DNA from: a virus | Taxonomy: Duplodnaviria > Heunggongvirae > Uroviricota > Caudoviricetes | Length of the DNA stretch: 64,000 bases | IMG/VR virus record: IMGVR_UViG_2974588491_000001 | Span: 314,380-378,379 of that record | Direction: 5' to 3' (one strand) | In this document: positions 28,488 to 38,017 of the stretch, one piece after another | How positions within the stretch are numbered: the stretch's first letter is position 1 | Layout: every line of letters begins with the position of its first letter | The notes under the pieces: model-generated | What the model saw: the letters and a program-made list of their open reading frames with translations, nothing else | Told to the model about the DNA's origin: nothing | Database searches by the model: none | Translations under genes and position numbers: made by a program

Positions 28488-28651
28488 TTTATCAAATGAT
28501 TGTAAAAGCATTGAAAGAGCTACAGGCATCCGGTACTGACATTGGAAATGCAGTTAAGTACTGTTCAGATAACGCATTCGACCTTGTGCAAAAATATGAG
28601 GAAGGAACAACTATTGATGAATTGTTAATGATTTGTATGAATCATAAATAA
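28484..28651 (+). CDS. small protein (55 aa)
   Basis: ATGA coupling. Confidence 0.4.
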   Translation: MIYQMIVKALKELQASGTDIGNAVKYCSDNAFDLVQKYEEGTTIDELLMICMNHK

Positions 28652-28683
28652 ATGAAAGGAAATCATTTATAAGGATATAAACC

Positions 28684-28956
28684 ATGATTCATCCAGATAT
28701 GAACGTCATTAAGAAATGGAATACAGTTAAAATTTCCCAGCTTGGCGACTTGCTTAAATCACAAGGTTTTCACTTTGTTAAATCATTCAGTACTGATGAG
28801 CACCGTATTTTCGTTAGCGAAGACAATTCACTAATGATTATATTTGAGCGTAATGTTGGTAAAGTGTACAATACAAAAGACCGTAAAACTGCTTTACATT
28901 CTTTTAGTGCCGTTCCTGACATGCCAAAATTAAATGACGTTAAGCGTCCACAATAA
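28684..28956 (+). CDS. hypothetical protein
   Basis: 90-aa ORF. Confidence 0.5.
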   Translation: MIHPDMNVIKKWNTVKISQLGDLLKSQGFHFVKSFSTDEHRIFVSEDNSLMIIFERNVGKVYNTKDRKTALHSFSAVPDMPKLNDVKRPQ

Positions 28957-28962
28957 CCAAAA

Positions 28963-28996
28963 AGGGGTTGACTTCGGTCAGCCCCTTTGCTATTAT
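28963..28996 (+). promoter_or_regulatory. PeSL cassette
   Basis: GGGGTTGACTTCGGTCAGCCCC TTTGC TATTAT. Confidence 0.6.
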
Positions 28997-29037
28997 GGCG
29001 GTACTGAAGCGAAAAACAACTTTTAAGAGAGAAGAAA

Positions 29038-29958
29038 ATGGAAGTACGTAACTGCCGTAACGTTAAATTCAATGGTCAATTCGTTCTTAAAAACCTGCAA
29101 GTATTACGTAAACAATATAAATTCAAATCTGGAGTTTTAACTTTAATTTCAGTTGCAACTCGTGATGGATTAAAATGCGATACTTGTCAGAATGATAAGA
29201 TTCATTTCGAATTGCACCCTGAATACGGTATGGCAATGTATGCTGGGTCAGTACGCATGACTAAGGATCATGATCTTCTTAATTCACTCGAAGGTTCAGA
29301 TGGTGCAGATAACCAGCATCTTCTTTGTGAAACTTGCAATACTTTGCGTGGGAATCGTTTTGCTGAATATAAAGAATTTAAAGATTGGTACGATTCAGTA
29401 CTGGCAAAAGGTCTTAATCCACATACTGCAATTAATAAAGTAAAACGTAATTTCTCTTATATGGATTTCCATAAGAACGGATATTCAGAATCACAACTTC
29501 CAGAAATTTTAGGTACTATTGATATAATTCCTGTTGATGTTAAAAATTCTTTAACTGAACATTTCCTAAAACACCAGGCATTCAAAGCAATTAAAGGTAT
29601 GTTTAGTTTTCACACATTACTATCATATTCTGAGAAAGCATGGAATGATTACCTTAATGAACTGATGGTTATTTTGGTAAAAACTCGTACTAAACAAGAT
29701 ATTCAAATGCGTAATACCAATTTTAATATCTACAAATACAAAAAAAGTAAAAAGAAAATTACAACATTCTTCGTTCATATTAATGAAACTATTAAAGTCG
29801 AATATCAAAAAGTTAAAAAAGACGCACACAAAGTTGGTATTCAAAAACAAATTAAAGAAGTACTGAACAACCAAGAACAATCATTTAAAGTTATTCCTGT
29901 TCGTCCGAACTTCTTCCAGCGTTTGAAGAATGCATTTCAAGTACTGGTAGCAGCATAA
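29038..29958 (+). CDS. HNH endonuclease-like protein (paralog of 25915..26481)
   Basis: MTKDHDLLNSLEGSDGADNQHLLCETCNTLRGN. Confidence 0.65.
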   Translation: MEVRNCRNVKFNGQFVLKNLQVLRKQYKFKSGVLTLISVATRDGLKCDTCQNDKIHFELHPEYGMAMYAGSVRMTKDHDLLNSLEGSDGADNQHLLCETCNTLRGNRFAEYKEFKDWYDSVLAKGLNPHTAINKVKRNFSYMDFHKNGYSESQLPEILGTIDIIPVDVKNSLTEHFLKHQAFKAIKGMFSFHTLLSYSEKAWNDYLNELMVILVKTRTKQDIQMRNTNFNIYKYKKSKKKITTFFVHINETIKVEYQKVKKDAHKVGIQKQIKEVLNNQEQSFKVIPVRPNFFQRLKNAFQVLVAA

Positions 29959-29988
29959 ATCAAAAGGGAGCCAATTGCTCCCTTTCTA

Positions 29989-30648
29989 TTATAGTAATTG
30001 TCTAACTTCGAACTCATAAATTTTGCCGTTAAAGAATGGTGTAGCAGCAGTTCCACTAAAAGCATTCTTACCTACAGTGTAGTTTTGTAGGGTATTGATA
30101 TTAAAAACTTGTGAACTTGATTGAAAAAGAACATCGTTGATGTAAACAAATGAACCTGTACTCAAAAGTTGAATTCTAATTTCCATTGGAGTATTGGCAT
30201 CATTTGTGAATGTTGATGTACTGTAGTTGTCACCTGTATTATTAATACTCATATATGTTTTAAATGGGGCTACTGCGTTTGATGTGTACCCAAATAAAAA
30301 ATAATTTCCGTTGGTTTGTATCGGTCTAGTATCCATTAGAAGTGTAAGATATTGTCCACCTCTATATACTAACCCTGATATTTTATAATAAATTTCCATA
30401 TTAGTTCCAATGGCTAATTTATTATCCTTGAAGTTAAAGTATGAAGAAGCACTCCCGTTAAAATTCATATATGTTCCATATTGGTTTAGACCAACTGTAA
30501 CATCGGCTCCACGGTTTATAGTTATATTATTATCACTTTTGTCTTTAATGTCAGAAATAGTATTAAACTCATGCATACTAAGAAGTACTTTATAGTTCGG
30601 TGGTATGATTACGTTTGCGTATTCAAATAATCTTGGGAATGGTAACAT
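29989..30648 (-). CDS. MLPF-family protein (MLPFPRLFEYAN...), jelly-roll/lectin-like body
   Basis: AAGGA RBS; conserved N-terminal dodecapeptide. Confidence 0.75.
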   Translation of the reverse strand: MLPFPRLFEYANVIIPPNYKVLLSMHEFNTISDIKDKSDNNITINRGADVTVGLNQYGTYMNFNGSASSYFNFKDNKLAIGTNMEIYYKISGLVYRGGQYLTLLMDTRPIQTNGNYFLFGYTSNAVAPFKTYMSINNTGDNYSTSTFTNDANTPMEIRIQLLSTGSFVYINDVLFQSSSQVFNINTLQNYTVGKNAFSGTAATPFFNGKIYEFEVRQLL

Positions 30649-30662
30649 GTGAATAGTTTTCC

Positions 30663-31310
30663 TTATGTTGGTCTACGAATTTCAAAACGGTAAATTTTAC
30701 CATATAAGTACGGTGCTGATGGTGCACCATTGTTAACCCACGCATTCTTACCAATTTTATATTGTTGGTTAACCATACTTATTGCTGCGGTAGTGCTAAA
30801 AAATAATGAGTCATTAACAAATAATTGTGTACCAGTACTCCTTATTTTAAATAGCATTTCAATTGGCTCAGCAGATGTGTCAGGGAATGTATTAGTACTT
30901 TGTAATTCACCAGCACTTTGATAATACATCCAAAGAGTATAAGGTGCTGGGGCGTTAGATGAATATCCAGCAACAAAATATTGCCCATTAGTACCTGCTG
31001 GTCTACAATCTATGATTTGATTTGAATATATTCCACTTCTATATGTGAAGTTGCTTATTTTAATATAAATGTCAAGTTCTCCTAAATCCAACAAACTAGA
31101 GTTAAACTCTACCCATTGTGCTTGACCAGTGAAGTTCATATAAGTACCGTATGCATCAACACCAACAGGCAAATAACCAAAAGCAGATACTGGAATTTTA
31201 TTAGGACTTCTATCAACTATGTCAGACGTACTAATAAAATCATATAAAGCAAAAACTGGAACAGAACTAAGATCATTTCCATATTGAAGCATTCTTGTAA
31301 ATGGAAGCAT
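30663..31310 (-). CDS. MLPF-family protein (MLPFTRMLQYGN...), jelly-roll/lectin-like body
   Basis: paralogous to 29989..30648 over the whole length. Confidence 0.75.
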   Translation of the reverse strand: MLPFTRMLQYGNDLSSVPVFALYDFISTSDIVDRSPNKIPVSAFGYLPVGVDAYGTYMNFTGQAQWVEFNSSLLDLGELDIYIKISNFTYRSGIYSNQIIDCRPAGTNGQYFVAGYSSNAPAPYTLWMYYQSAGELQSTNTFPDTSAEPIEMLFKIRSTGTQLFVNDSLFFSTTAAISMVNQQYKIGKNAWVNNGAPSAPYLYGKIYRFEIRRPT

Positions 31311-31353
31311 ATTATAATAACCTCATATTTTTAAAATTATTAATTATTTAGGC

Positions 31354-31382
31354 TTGACACGATGTTAAATCTTTGATATAAT
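31354..31382 (+). promoter_or_regulatory. sigma70-type promoter (TTGACA-17-TATAAT)
   Basis: consensus hexamers. Confidence 0.6.
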
Positions 31383-31409
31383 GTCAGTATTAAGTGCGAG
31401 AGGTAGAAA

Positions 31410-32192
31410 ATGATTAGTCGTCGCGAAGTACTGAAACTGCGTATCGCTGAGAATTTTGATGCGATGATGGATACGCTTGAGTGCATCCTGAATCCGTTGA
31501 ACCCAATCAAGGCTATGACCGTGACTGGAGCGAGTGGTATTGGTAAATCTTATAACCTGATTAAACGGTTAGAAGATGCTCATGATCATGGTTATTGTAA
31601 CTTCCACTATCTTAACGGTAAATGTACTGGACTTGGTTTGTATCAGGCATTATATAATGCTCGTCACTTAGGTTCAGTACTGCTGATGGATGACGTTGAC
31701 GTATTTGATACAGAAGATAAGTTGAACCTTCTGAAAGCATCTCTTGAATCTGATGATAATCGAATCATCACTTACATGAGTTCTTCACGTCACTTAGCTG
31801 ATAACGGAATTCCTACTCAGTTCGAGTTCTGTGGTAAGGTTATCTTTATCACGAACAAAGACCTAGTGAAAATTTCCGAAGCTAACTCAGCATTGTCTCC
31901 ACATGTTGAGGCATTGATGACTCGTGGTGCATTCATTGACCTTGAGATCCATGATAACGAAAGTGTTATGGTTCACATTGAGAACATCATGCGTAGTACT
32001 AACATTGTTAAAGGTCTTGGTGTTAGCAGCGATGGTGCAGAGAAGATACTGAACTTCATGTTGAAGAACAGTGCTAATCTCCGTAAGCCATCATTGCGTA
32101 TGCCAGTTCAATTGGCAGGGCTGTACTTGCAGTTCCCTGATAAATGGGAGCAACATGCAATGAAAGTATGTGTTAAATCTGTAAAGGTGTAG
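31410..32192 (+). CDS. P-loop NTPase
   Basis: Walker A TGASGIGKS, Walker B LLMDDVD. Confidence 0.65.
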   Translation: MISRREVLKLRIAENFDAMMDTLECILNPLNPIKAMTVTGASGIGKSYNLIKRLEDAHDHGYCNFHYLNGKCTGLGLYQALYNARHLGSVLLMDDVDVFDTEDKLNLLKASLESDDNRIITYMSSSRHLADNGIPTQFEFCGKVIFITNKDLVKISEANSALSPHVEALMTRGAFIDLEIHDNESVMVHIENIMRSTNIVKGLGVSSDGAEKILNFMLKNSANLRKPSLRMPVQLAGLYLQFPDKWEQHAMKVCVKSVKV

Positions 32193-32199
32193 TGTAACG

Positions 32200-32523
32200 A
32201 TGGAAATCATAGCAGTACTATCAATTATAGTTTTTATTATCATGTTCGTCGGGTACTGGACATATGCTGATTACTATACTAATTTAAAAATAGATATACG
32301 CCGAATGTATTGGGTGACTCATGTAATTATGTACGGCATTGCTGCTGAATGTATATTACTTTCAATGGGTGAACCTGAACCACTTAAAGCTGCGATAAAA
32401 GCGTGTTCCGCAGTTATAGGTTATGGTACTATTATAATTGTTGCGTCCAGTTTTGGTGCTGCACTTATTTTGTTTTTTGGTGAATCTCGTAAGTACTTTG
32501 GTCGCAAAAGAAATAAACTTTAG
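32200..32523 (+). CDS. small membrane protein, C-terminal YFGRKRNKL family
   Basis: two TM helices; conserved C-terminal motif. Confidence 0.55.
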   Translation: MEIIAVLSIIVFIIMFVGYWTYADYYTNLKIDIRRMYWVTHVIMYGIAAECILLSMGEPEPLKAAIKACSAVIGYGTIIIVASSFGAALILFFGESRKYFGRKRNKL

Positions 32524-32531
32524 GTGGTGTA

Positions 32532-32884
32532 ATGTTTCATGATTTTATGTACATCAATGGTGTATTGTGGGCTGTAGTTGGTATTATCATGATAATCGGA
32601 AATTTAACTTATGCCGATTATTATACAAAGTTGAATGAAAAATTCGTATCAAACTTTTGGGGTACTTATGCTATTTGTATGGGTGCAGCAATAGTTAACT
32701 TCGTTTTACTTTTGTTATAACGTTGGCGGTTGGTAAAACTGATGGACCAGAACCATTGAATTATGGATTAGGTTGGCTTGCAGTACTGTCCATTATAGTG
32801 TATAGTATCGGTGTTATTTGGGCTATCTGTATCGGATTTTGTAATTTAAAACAATATTTCGGTCGTAAACGTAATAAAATTTAA
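32532..32884 (+). pseudogene. frameshifted paralog of 32200..32523 (or two tiny genes)
   Basis: first ORF ends at TAA 32718-32720 and homology (DGPEPLN...QYFGRKRNKI) resumes in the -1 frame. Confidence 0.4.
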
Positions 32885-32897
32885 GGTATCAATTAAA

Positions 32898-33668
32898 ATG
32901 ATTAAACTTTGTATTGAAGATATTACACTGAATCAGTTAGAACCTAAACTGCTTCCTTTTGTTCAATGGAAATCTCTGAAAGTTTCCGATCTCGAAGGTG
33001 TCAGTGACGAAATCATTTCGAAGTACATCTTCCAAATGGCACGTCCAGTTATCAAATCTATGATCAAAAATAAGAATATAGATTTTAGTCATCTTACTGA
33101 CGATCAATGGGTTGACCTGGTACATGAAGCATACAACGATGACTATTCATTGTTTGACTACTTCCAGCTTCCGTACAGTGCATTGATGAAATTACTGGAA
33201 TCGGATCGTAATGTTAATCGCTATGCTAGTGCAATGGCAAAAACACAAAAGAATATGCCAGTACAAGAAGCATTACGTCATGCTAGTAATAGTTTCTTAA
33301 ACCATATTCTTCTGACGAATAGCAATCCTGCTCTTATGGATTATATGTTCTCTGAAGAAGGTATTGCACAACTGAAAGAGAAACGCCATTCACAGTATCT
33401 TCAGTATTTGACTTCAGAAGAAGCAAAAAAGATCGGTGCACGTAATATTAAGAACCGTCGCATTAGTCCTGAGCTTCTTCGTCGTGCTGGTGCTTGCCAT
33501 AATGGTGTTTCGTACTGTTCTAAAATGCTTAAAGAACTGAATCTGGAACAGATTACATGGGATGAAGCAATTCATACAATCCGTAATAATCCTAAACTTC
33601 AGAAACGTTCTTCACTTCTGGACTATATGGAATGGATCTATCAACGTAGCTCACACCTTCCAGAATAA
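32898..33668 (+). CDS. hypothetical protein
   Basis: 256-aa ORF. Confidence 0.6.
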   Translation: MIKLCIEDITLNQLEPKLLPFVQWKSLKVSDLEGVSDEIISKYIFQMARPVIKSMIKNKNIDFSHLTDDQWVDLVHEAYNDDYSLFDYFQLPYSALMKLLESDRNVNRYASAMAKTQKNMPVQEALRHASNSFLNHILLTNSNPALMDYMFSEEGIAQLKEKRHSQYLQYLTSEEAKKIGARNIKNRRISPELLRRAGACHNGVSYCSKMLKELNLEQITWDEAIHTIRNNPKLQKRSSLLDYMEWIYQRSSHLPE

Positions 33669-33714
33669 ATTATAAATTAAAACTCCCTACGGGGAGTTTT
33701 TTATTGAGGCTCTT

Positions 33715-34065
33715 ATGGTTCTACCTAACGTATTATATAATATTGCAGTACTTCTATTTGTACTTAATCTTTCAACATTAGTAGTACTCTTTGTTGGTTG
33801 GTTAACTCACGCTAATTACTACTATAAACTTTACGAAACTGTTGATGACGTTGCAATTTTTGTACATAGTTTATTCACTGCAATCTTTGGCTTTATTGGA
33901 ATTATTGGTTATCTAGTTGATGATAGCAAACCTCGTCTATTTGATGCAATCATTTCATTAAATGGGTTGTATGTAGCTGCTATACTATTGGTTATAGTAC
34001 TAGGCTATCTTCAAGGTTATATAATGAAGGTGCATAATTACTTCGGTAATAAAAGGGGAAGGTAA
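33715..34065 (+). CDS. small membrane protein, C-terminal YFGNKRGR family
   Basis: TM helices plus motif. Confidence 0.55.
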   Translation: MVLPNVLYNIAVLLFVLNLSTLVVLFVGWLTHANYYYKLYETVDDVAIFVHSLFTAIFGFIGIIGYLVDDSKPRLFDAIISLNGLYVAAILLVIVLGYLQGYIMKVHNYFGNKRGR

Positions 34066-34403
34066 TGGAAGCGTTACTAAGTATATCTGAATATGTTGTG
34101 TATCCATCATTAATATACATGGCACTGTATGTGTTCATCTTTGTTATGTGGTTGTTCGCAACGGACTTTTACGATGTTGTAGAAGATGTAATCGGTGATG
34201 GTAAAGCATTCTTCACTACGATGTTTGTAATAAGTATACTGAACTATATTATTGGTAAGTTCATATGGTCATGGGCTAACCCAATAAACTACTTGTTTAA
34301 CGGCATTCTCTGCATTATCCTATTGCTCATTATCGGTATTCTGTTTCTAACATTTTGTGAATCATTCAACCAGTACTGCCGAGAAAAACGAGGAAAAGAT
34401 TAA
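34065..34403 (+). CDS. small membrane protein (same family, ends CREKRGKD)
   Basis: TAATG coupling. Confidence 0.5.
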   Translation: MEALLSISEYVVYPSLIYMALYVFIFVMWLFATDFYDVVEDVIGDGKAFFTTMFVISILNYIIGKFIWSWANPINYLFNGILCIILLLIIGILFLTFCESFNQYCREKRGKD

Positions 34404-34753
34404 TGTTATATATTTTTATTAACGGTTACACAATAGTATTTTTAACATTTATTATTGTTACAGTACTGGATTGGGTTTTGGGTATTGATAAACTTAACCC
34501 ATATTTGAATGAAAAGCTTGAAGGTGTAAGTAAGAAAAACGCAGAAGTATTCTTTCCTACAATTGCTTTAACTTTATTGGGTATATTTTCTGCACTCATG
34601 TATTTGTGTACTGGATTTATATTCTTCCACGTTATATACTTCTTTGTAGTCTTTTGTGGCTTAGTGATTTTGGGAATAATAATTGCAGTTTGGGCGATCT
34701 TTAAAGTACTGTCCAGTATTCGGAACTTTATTATTTCCAAGAAAAAACAGTAA
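34403..34753 (+). CDS. small membrane protein
   Basis: TAATG coupling; several TM helices. Confidence 0.5.
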   Translation: MLYIFINGYTIVFLTFIIVTVLDWVLGIDKLNPYLNEKLEGVSKKNAEVFFPTIALTLLGIFSALMYLCTGFIFFHVIYFFVVFCGLVILGIIIAVWAIFKVLSSIRNFIISKKKQ

Positions 34754-34759
34754 TTTGGC

Positions 34760-34788
34760 TTGACTTAGGCTTTCGAACTCCGTATAAT
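34760..34788 (+). promoter_or_regulatory. sigma70-type promoter (TTGACT-17-TATAAT)
   Basis: consensus hexamers. Confidence 0.6.
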
Positions 34789-34819
34789 AGCTCCATCAAA
34801 TGATGACGAGGATTTAGAA

Positions 34820-35116
34820 ATGAACAAAGAAGATATGATTGTTGAAGCTGCAAAACGTACTCTTGTTGAACTTAAAAAACAAGTTAAGTCTACACCTCCG
34901 ATGGTTGTACCATTTGCTGTAGTCGGTCTGATTGTAGGCCATTGGTGGGCTACTGTAGTTGTGATCATTCTTATGCTTGTATGGGAAGGTTATGAGCACT
35001 ACAACGATGTAGTTGCAGAAGAAGTTGCAGGTATCAAATCTGCTTCTAAAGAAGCAGCAGACTCTGCCAACAATGTACAGTCTGAAGAAGTCAGTACTGA
35101 AAACAAAGAACAATAA
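34820..35116 (+). CDS. membrane protein
   Basis: 98-aa ORF with central TM hairpin; terminator follows. Confidence 0.55.
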   Translation: MNKEDMIVEAAKRTLVELKKQVKSTPPMVVPFAVVGLIVGHWWATVVVIILMLVWEGYEHYNDVVAEEVAGIKSASKEAADSANNVQSEEVSTENKEQ

Positions 35117-35124
35117 TAATTATA

Positions 35125-35150
35125 CCCGCCAGCATTGTTGGCGGTTTTTT
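35125..35150 (+). terminator. rho-independent terminator
   Basis: ccgcca-gcattgt-tggcgg followed by a T-run. Confidence 0.6.
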
Positions 35151-35167
35151 AATTGCGAGGAAAACAA

Positions 35168-35791
35168 ATGAAACGTACTAAAAATATTAATAAAGACCGT
35201 TTCCGTAAAGTTCATACATTCTGGAAATATAGTGCATTATTCCTGGCTATCTCAGGTAGTACTTTATTTCTGACAGGTTGCGACGATACTGAAAACGTAT
35301 CAGTTTATCAAACGATTCAGGACTGTGAACGTTCTGCTGCGAATGATAAAGCTAAAGAACAATGTGCTTTGGATTACCAAAATGCATTAGCACAAAATAA
35401 AAGTACTGCACCTAAGTACAGTTCACAACGTGATTGTGAAGATGAATTCGGTGCGAATCAGTGTACTACCACGAATAGTACTCATAGTTCTATGATGTGG
35501 TTCCCATTAATGAGCGGTTATAGTTCTTCTCATGCGAACTATCCGAGCCAGCCATTATATTCAAGTACACGTTATAGTTCACCAATGCACGGAAAATTTG
35601 TAGATGCAAAAGGTAATTCATTTGGTTCCTTTAAACCATCTGGTACTTCTTCTGTATCTCGATCAGCACTGTCAAGCAAACCAGCGGTAACAACTACAAC
35701 AACTCGTGGTGGATTTGGTAGTACTGTTTCAACTCATGCTGCACGTGCATCATCATCACATTCTTCCGGTGGTCACAGTTTCGGTGGATAA
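35168..35791 (+). CDS. lipoprotein (LTGC lipobox), Ser/Thr-rich C-terminus
   Basis: GAGGAAAA RBS then ATG in frame with ORF 35153..35791. Confidence 0.6.
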   Translation: MKRTKNINKDRFRKVHTFWKYSALFLAISGSTLFLTGCDDTENVSVYQTIQDCERSAANDKAKEQCALDYQNALAQNKSTAPKYSSQRDCEDEFGANQCTTTNSTHSSMMWFPLMSGYSSSHANYPSQPLYSSTRYSSPMHGKFVDAKGNSFGSFKPSGTSSVSRSALSSKPAVTTTTTRGGFGSTVSTHAARASSSHSSGGHSFGG

Positions 35792-35794
35792 AAG

Positions 35795-35818
35795 AAAAGC
35801 CCCAAAAGGGGCTTTTTT
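35795..35818. terminator. bidirectional terminator between convergent genes
   Basis: aaaagcccc-aaaa-ggggctttt. Confidence 0.65.
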
Positions 35819-36470
35819 AATTTGTGAGATTTAATGGTGGTGTCGGAACTGTAATAGTACTGCCACCATTATATAATGCTTTATTTGTAATCCGTATTTG
35901 ATCATAGTACGCAAGTGAATTTGTTTCATATCCACCAATGCGTAACGGAGTATTATTATCTCCCCAAATATCAGATGTTAAAGTAATTTTAAGTATACCA
36001 TTGATGTACAAATAAACATTACCTGAATGTTGAAGGATACAGAAATGTGTCCATGTGTTTAATGGTATGTTAGCACTTGACGAAACTGAACCACCTTTTG
36101 CTCTACCTTGTAGGTATAGACTTCCACTGTATATTTTCAAACCACTAGTGGTTCCTGTTCCTGAACTCATGTACCAGTTGTTTGATGTATTGTTTGTGCA
36201 ATACGCATACCATTCAAGTGTGAAATCCTGACCAGTACCAATAGTTGTATCAGCACGATCCACAGCACTGATTGTATAGTACCCGTAACGAAAATCATAG
36301 CTGTTCCCAATAATAGCGGGTGTTGTTGGTACAGGAACAGAGCCAACAGTATTAATAACCCTTGTTGGTTTAGCAATATCAATTTTGCCGTTGTTTGCAT
36401 GTAATAGGAATTTTGTAGCGTATTCAACTATTACATTTGCATATTTTATGATTCTTGCGAATGGTAACAT
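35817..36470 (-). CDS. MLPF-family protein (MLPFARIIKYAN...), ConA/LamG-like
   Basis: WTHFCILQHSGNVYLYINGILK-type laminin-G motif. Confidence 0.75.
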   Translation of the reverse strand: MLPFARIIKYANVIVEYATKFLLHANNGKIDIAKPTRVINTVGSVPVPTTPAIIGNSYDFRYGYYTISAVDRADTTIGTGQDFTLEWYAYCTNNTSNNWYMSSGTGTTSGLKIYSGSLYLQGRAKGGSVSSSANIPLNTWTHFCILQHSGNVYLYINGILKITLTSDIWGDNNTPLRIGGYETNSLAYYDQIRITNKALYNGGSTITVPTPPLNLTN

Positions 36471-36479
36471 AATAGTTCC

Positions 36480-37151
36480 TTATTTTATCTCTGTTATTTT
36501 TAATTTAGCAAGTGAACCACCAAAATAATATGGTTGCCCACCAACTTCAGCACTAACATATGATCCACCAATAGATAGCTTATATCCAATTCCGTATGGA
36601 TATAGAGGAAATGTTTGTGTATTATTGTAATAAGAACTTTTCACCGTAATACCAGAATTCTTTATATATGTGAATGTCATAGTTTCCCACGACATATGGT
36701 TAGTTCCATTCATTAAAACTCTATTATATGTTTCCCCGCTATCTAAAAAGTACTGGAAATATGTTGATGGAAATTGGTTTAATGCACATGTGATTCCTGG
36801 AATTCTTTGTGAGCTATAATTACCAGTTTCCCATAAACCTTCCATCACTGAAGTTCTGTTAGTTTTAAACTGTATTACTACCTCAAAACTTCTATTAGTA
36901 AGATCTAGTTTTGAACCACTTATAATTGGTGGTGTTACATAATATCCTGCACCACTAAATTTAAAAACGTTTTGTCCTAATTGTGGATCGTATTGGACAG
37001 AGCCAGCAGTTCCAATTGTACTAAATTGTGCTCCTGCATTATCTCTGATAAAATTGTCACCAATTGTTTGTGTACTGAAATCAATATCTAACAGTACTGT
37101 ATTTGGAGGTAAAATATTTGCATATTCTACCAATCTTGGAAATGGTAACAT
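36480..37151 (-). CDS. MLPF-family protein (MLPFPRLVEYAN...), jelly-roll-like
   Basis: conserved N-terminus. Confidence 0.75.
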   Translation of the reverse strand: MLPFPRLVEYANILPPNTVLLDIDFSTQTIGDNFIRDNAGAQFSTIGTAGSVQYDPQLGQNVFKFSGAGYYVTPPIISGSKLDLTNRSFEVVIQFKTNRTSVMEGLWETGNYSSQRIPGITCALNQFPSTYFQYFLDSGETYNRVLMNGTNHMSWETMTFTYIKNSGITVKSSYYNNTQTFPLYPYGIGYKLSIGGSYVSAEVGGQPYYFGGSLAKLKITEIK

Positions 37152-37159
37152 AATATCCT

Positions 37160-38017
37160 CTATTGAAATCTATATTGTGAATTTATTGGTGAAGTTGAAT
37201 ATCCATACATACTATATACTTTAACGCCATCTAATGATGTATATAATGCTCCGCGAGATATACCAACTGAAGTGTTAAAACCGACTTGCGACCAAGTATT
37301 AGTACTAATACTATATTTGTACAATCTTTCAGCATTAACACAGTAGATGGCATCATTATATTCATTATAAGTCATTCTACCTTGCATTGATGCCATAGAA
37401 CTCCATGTTCCAGTAGAAATTAAAAATTTCTGACCACTAGAACCTTGACAGTACAAATAATTTCCATCAGTTGTCATATCACCAGCCAACGAATTAGTAA
37501 TACTAGAACTTGTTAGTGTAGTCCATGCATTAGATGCAATGTCATATGAAAATAATTGTGAACCGCCGTCACTACCCCATAGATATAGCTTTCCATTATT
37601 TGTACTTACAAACCTACAATGGTGTCTAGCTGATGGCTTATTAGTACTCGTTGTATTTTCAGACCAAGTATTAGATGATATATCGTATATAAAAAATCTG
37701 TTTTGCATGGAACCAGTATATCCACCAAACATATATATTTTTCCATTATATCCAGCTAAACCTGAACCATGCATTGCTAATGTTCCATTAGCTAATGGTT
37801 CCCATGTTTCAGTACGAGTGTCAAATCTCCAAAATTCATTATTATAATCACTGCCAACTACTGCACCACCATACATATAACCATAGTTATCTAAACTAGT
37901 ATATCCAAAAGAAAATCGTGCACTAGGGGAAATAGTAGGTGAAATTTGGATTCTTGTTCCGGTATTATTTTCTTTTCTGATATTTCCATATTCTATCAAT
38001 CTTGGGAATGGTAACAT
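37160..38017 (-). CDS. MLPF-family protein (MLPFPRLIEYGN...), Kelch-type beta-propeller
   Basis: repeated YMYGG / IYMFGG / LYLWGS blades. Confidence 0.75.
   Translation of the reverse strand: MLPFPRLIEYGNIRKENNTGTRIQISPTISPSARFSFGYTSLDNYGYMYGGAVVGSDYNNEFWRFDTRTETWEPLANGTLAMHGSGLAGYNGKIYMFGGYTGSMQNRFFIYDISSNTWSENTTSTNKPSARHHCRFVSTNNGKLYLWGSDGGSQLFSYDIASNAWTTLTSSSITNSLAGDMTTDGNYLYCQGSSGQKFLISTGTWSSMASMQGRMTYNEYNDAIYCVNAERLYKYSISTNTWSQVGFNTSVGISRGALYTSLDGVKVYSMYGYSTSPINSQYRFQ

Noticed and set aside
32690-32730. Programmed -1 ribosomal frameshift joining 32532..32720 to the downstream frame
   Set aside because: The homolog 32200..32523 is a single ORF, so the two pieces could be fused in principle. 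But there is no X XXY YYZ slippery heptamer or downstream structure at the junction. I kept it as a probable pseudogene or sequencing frameshift.
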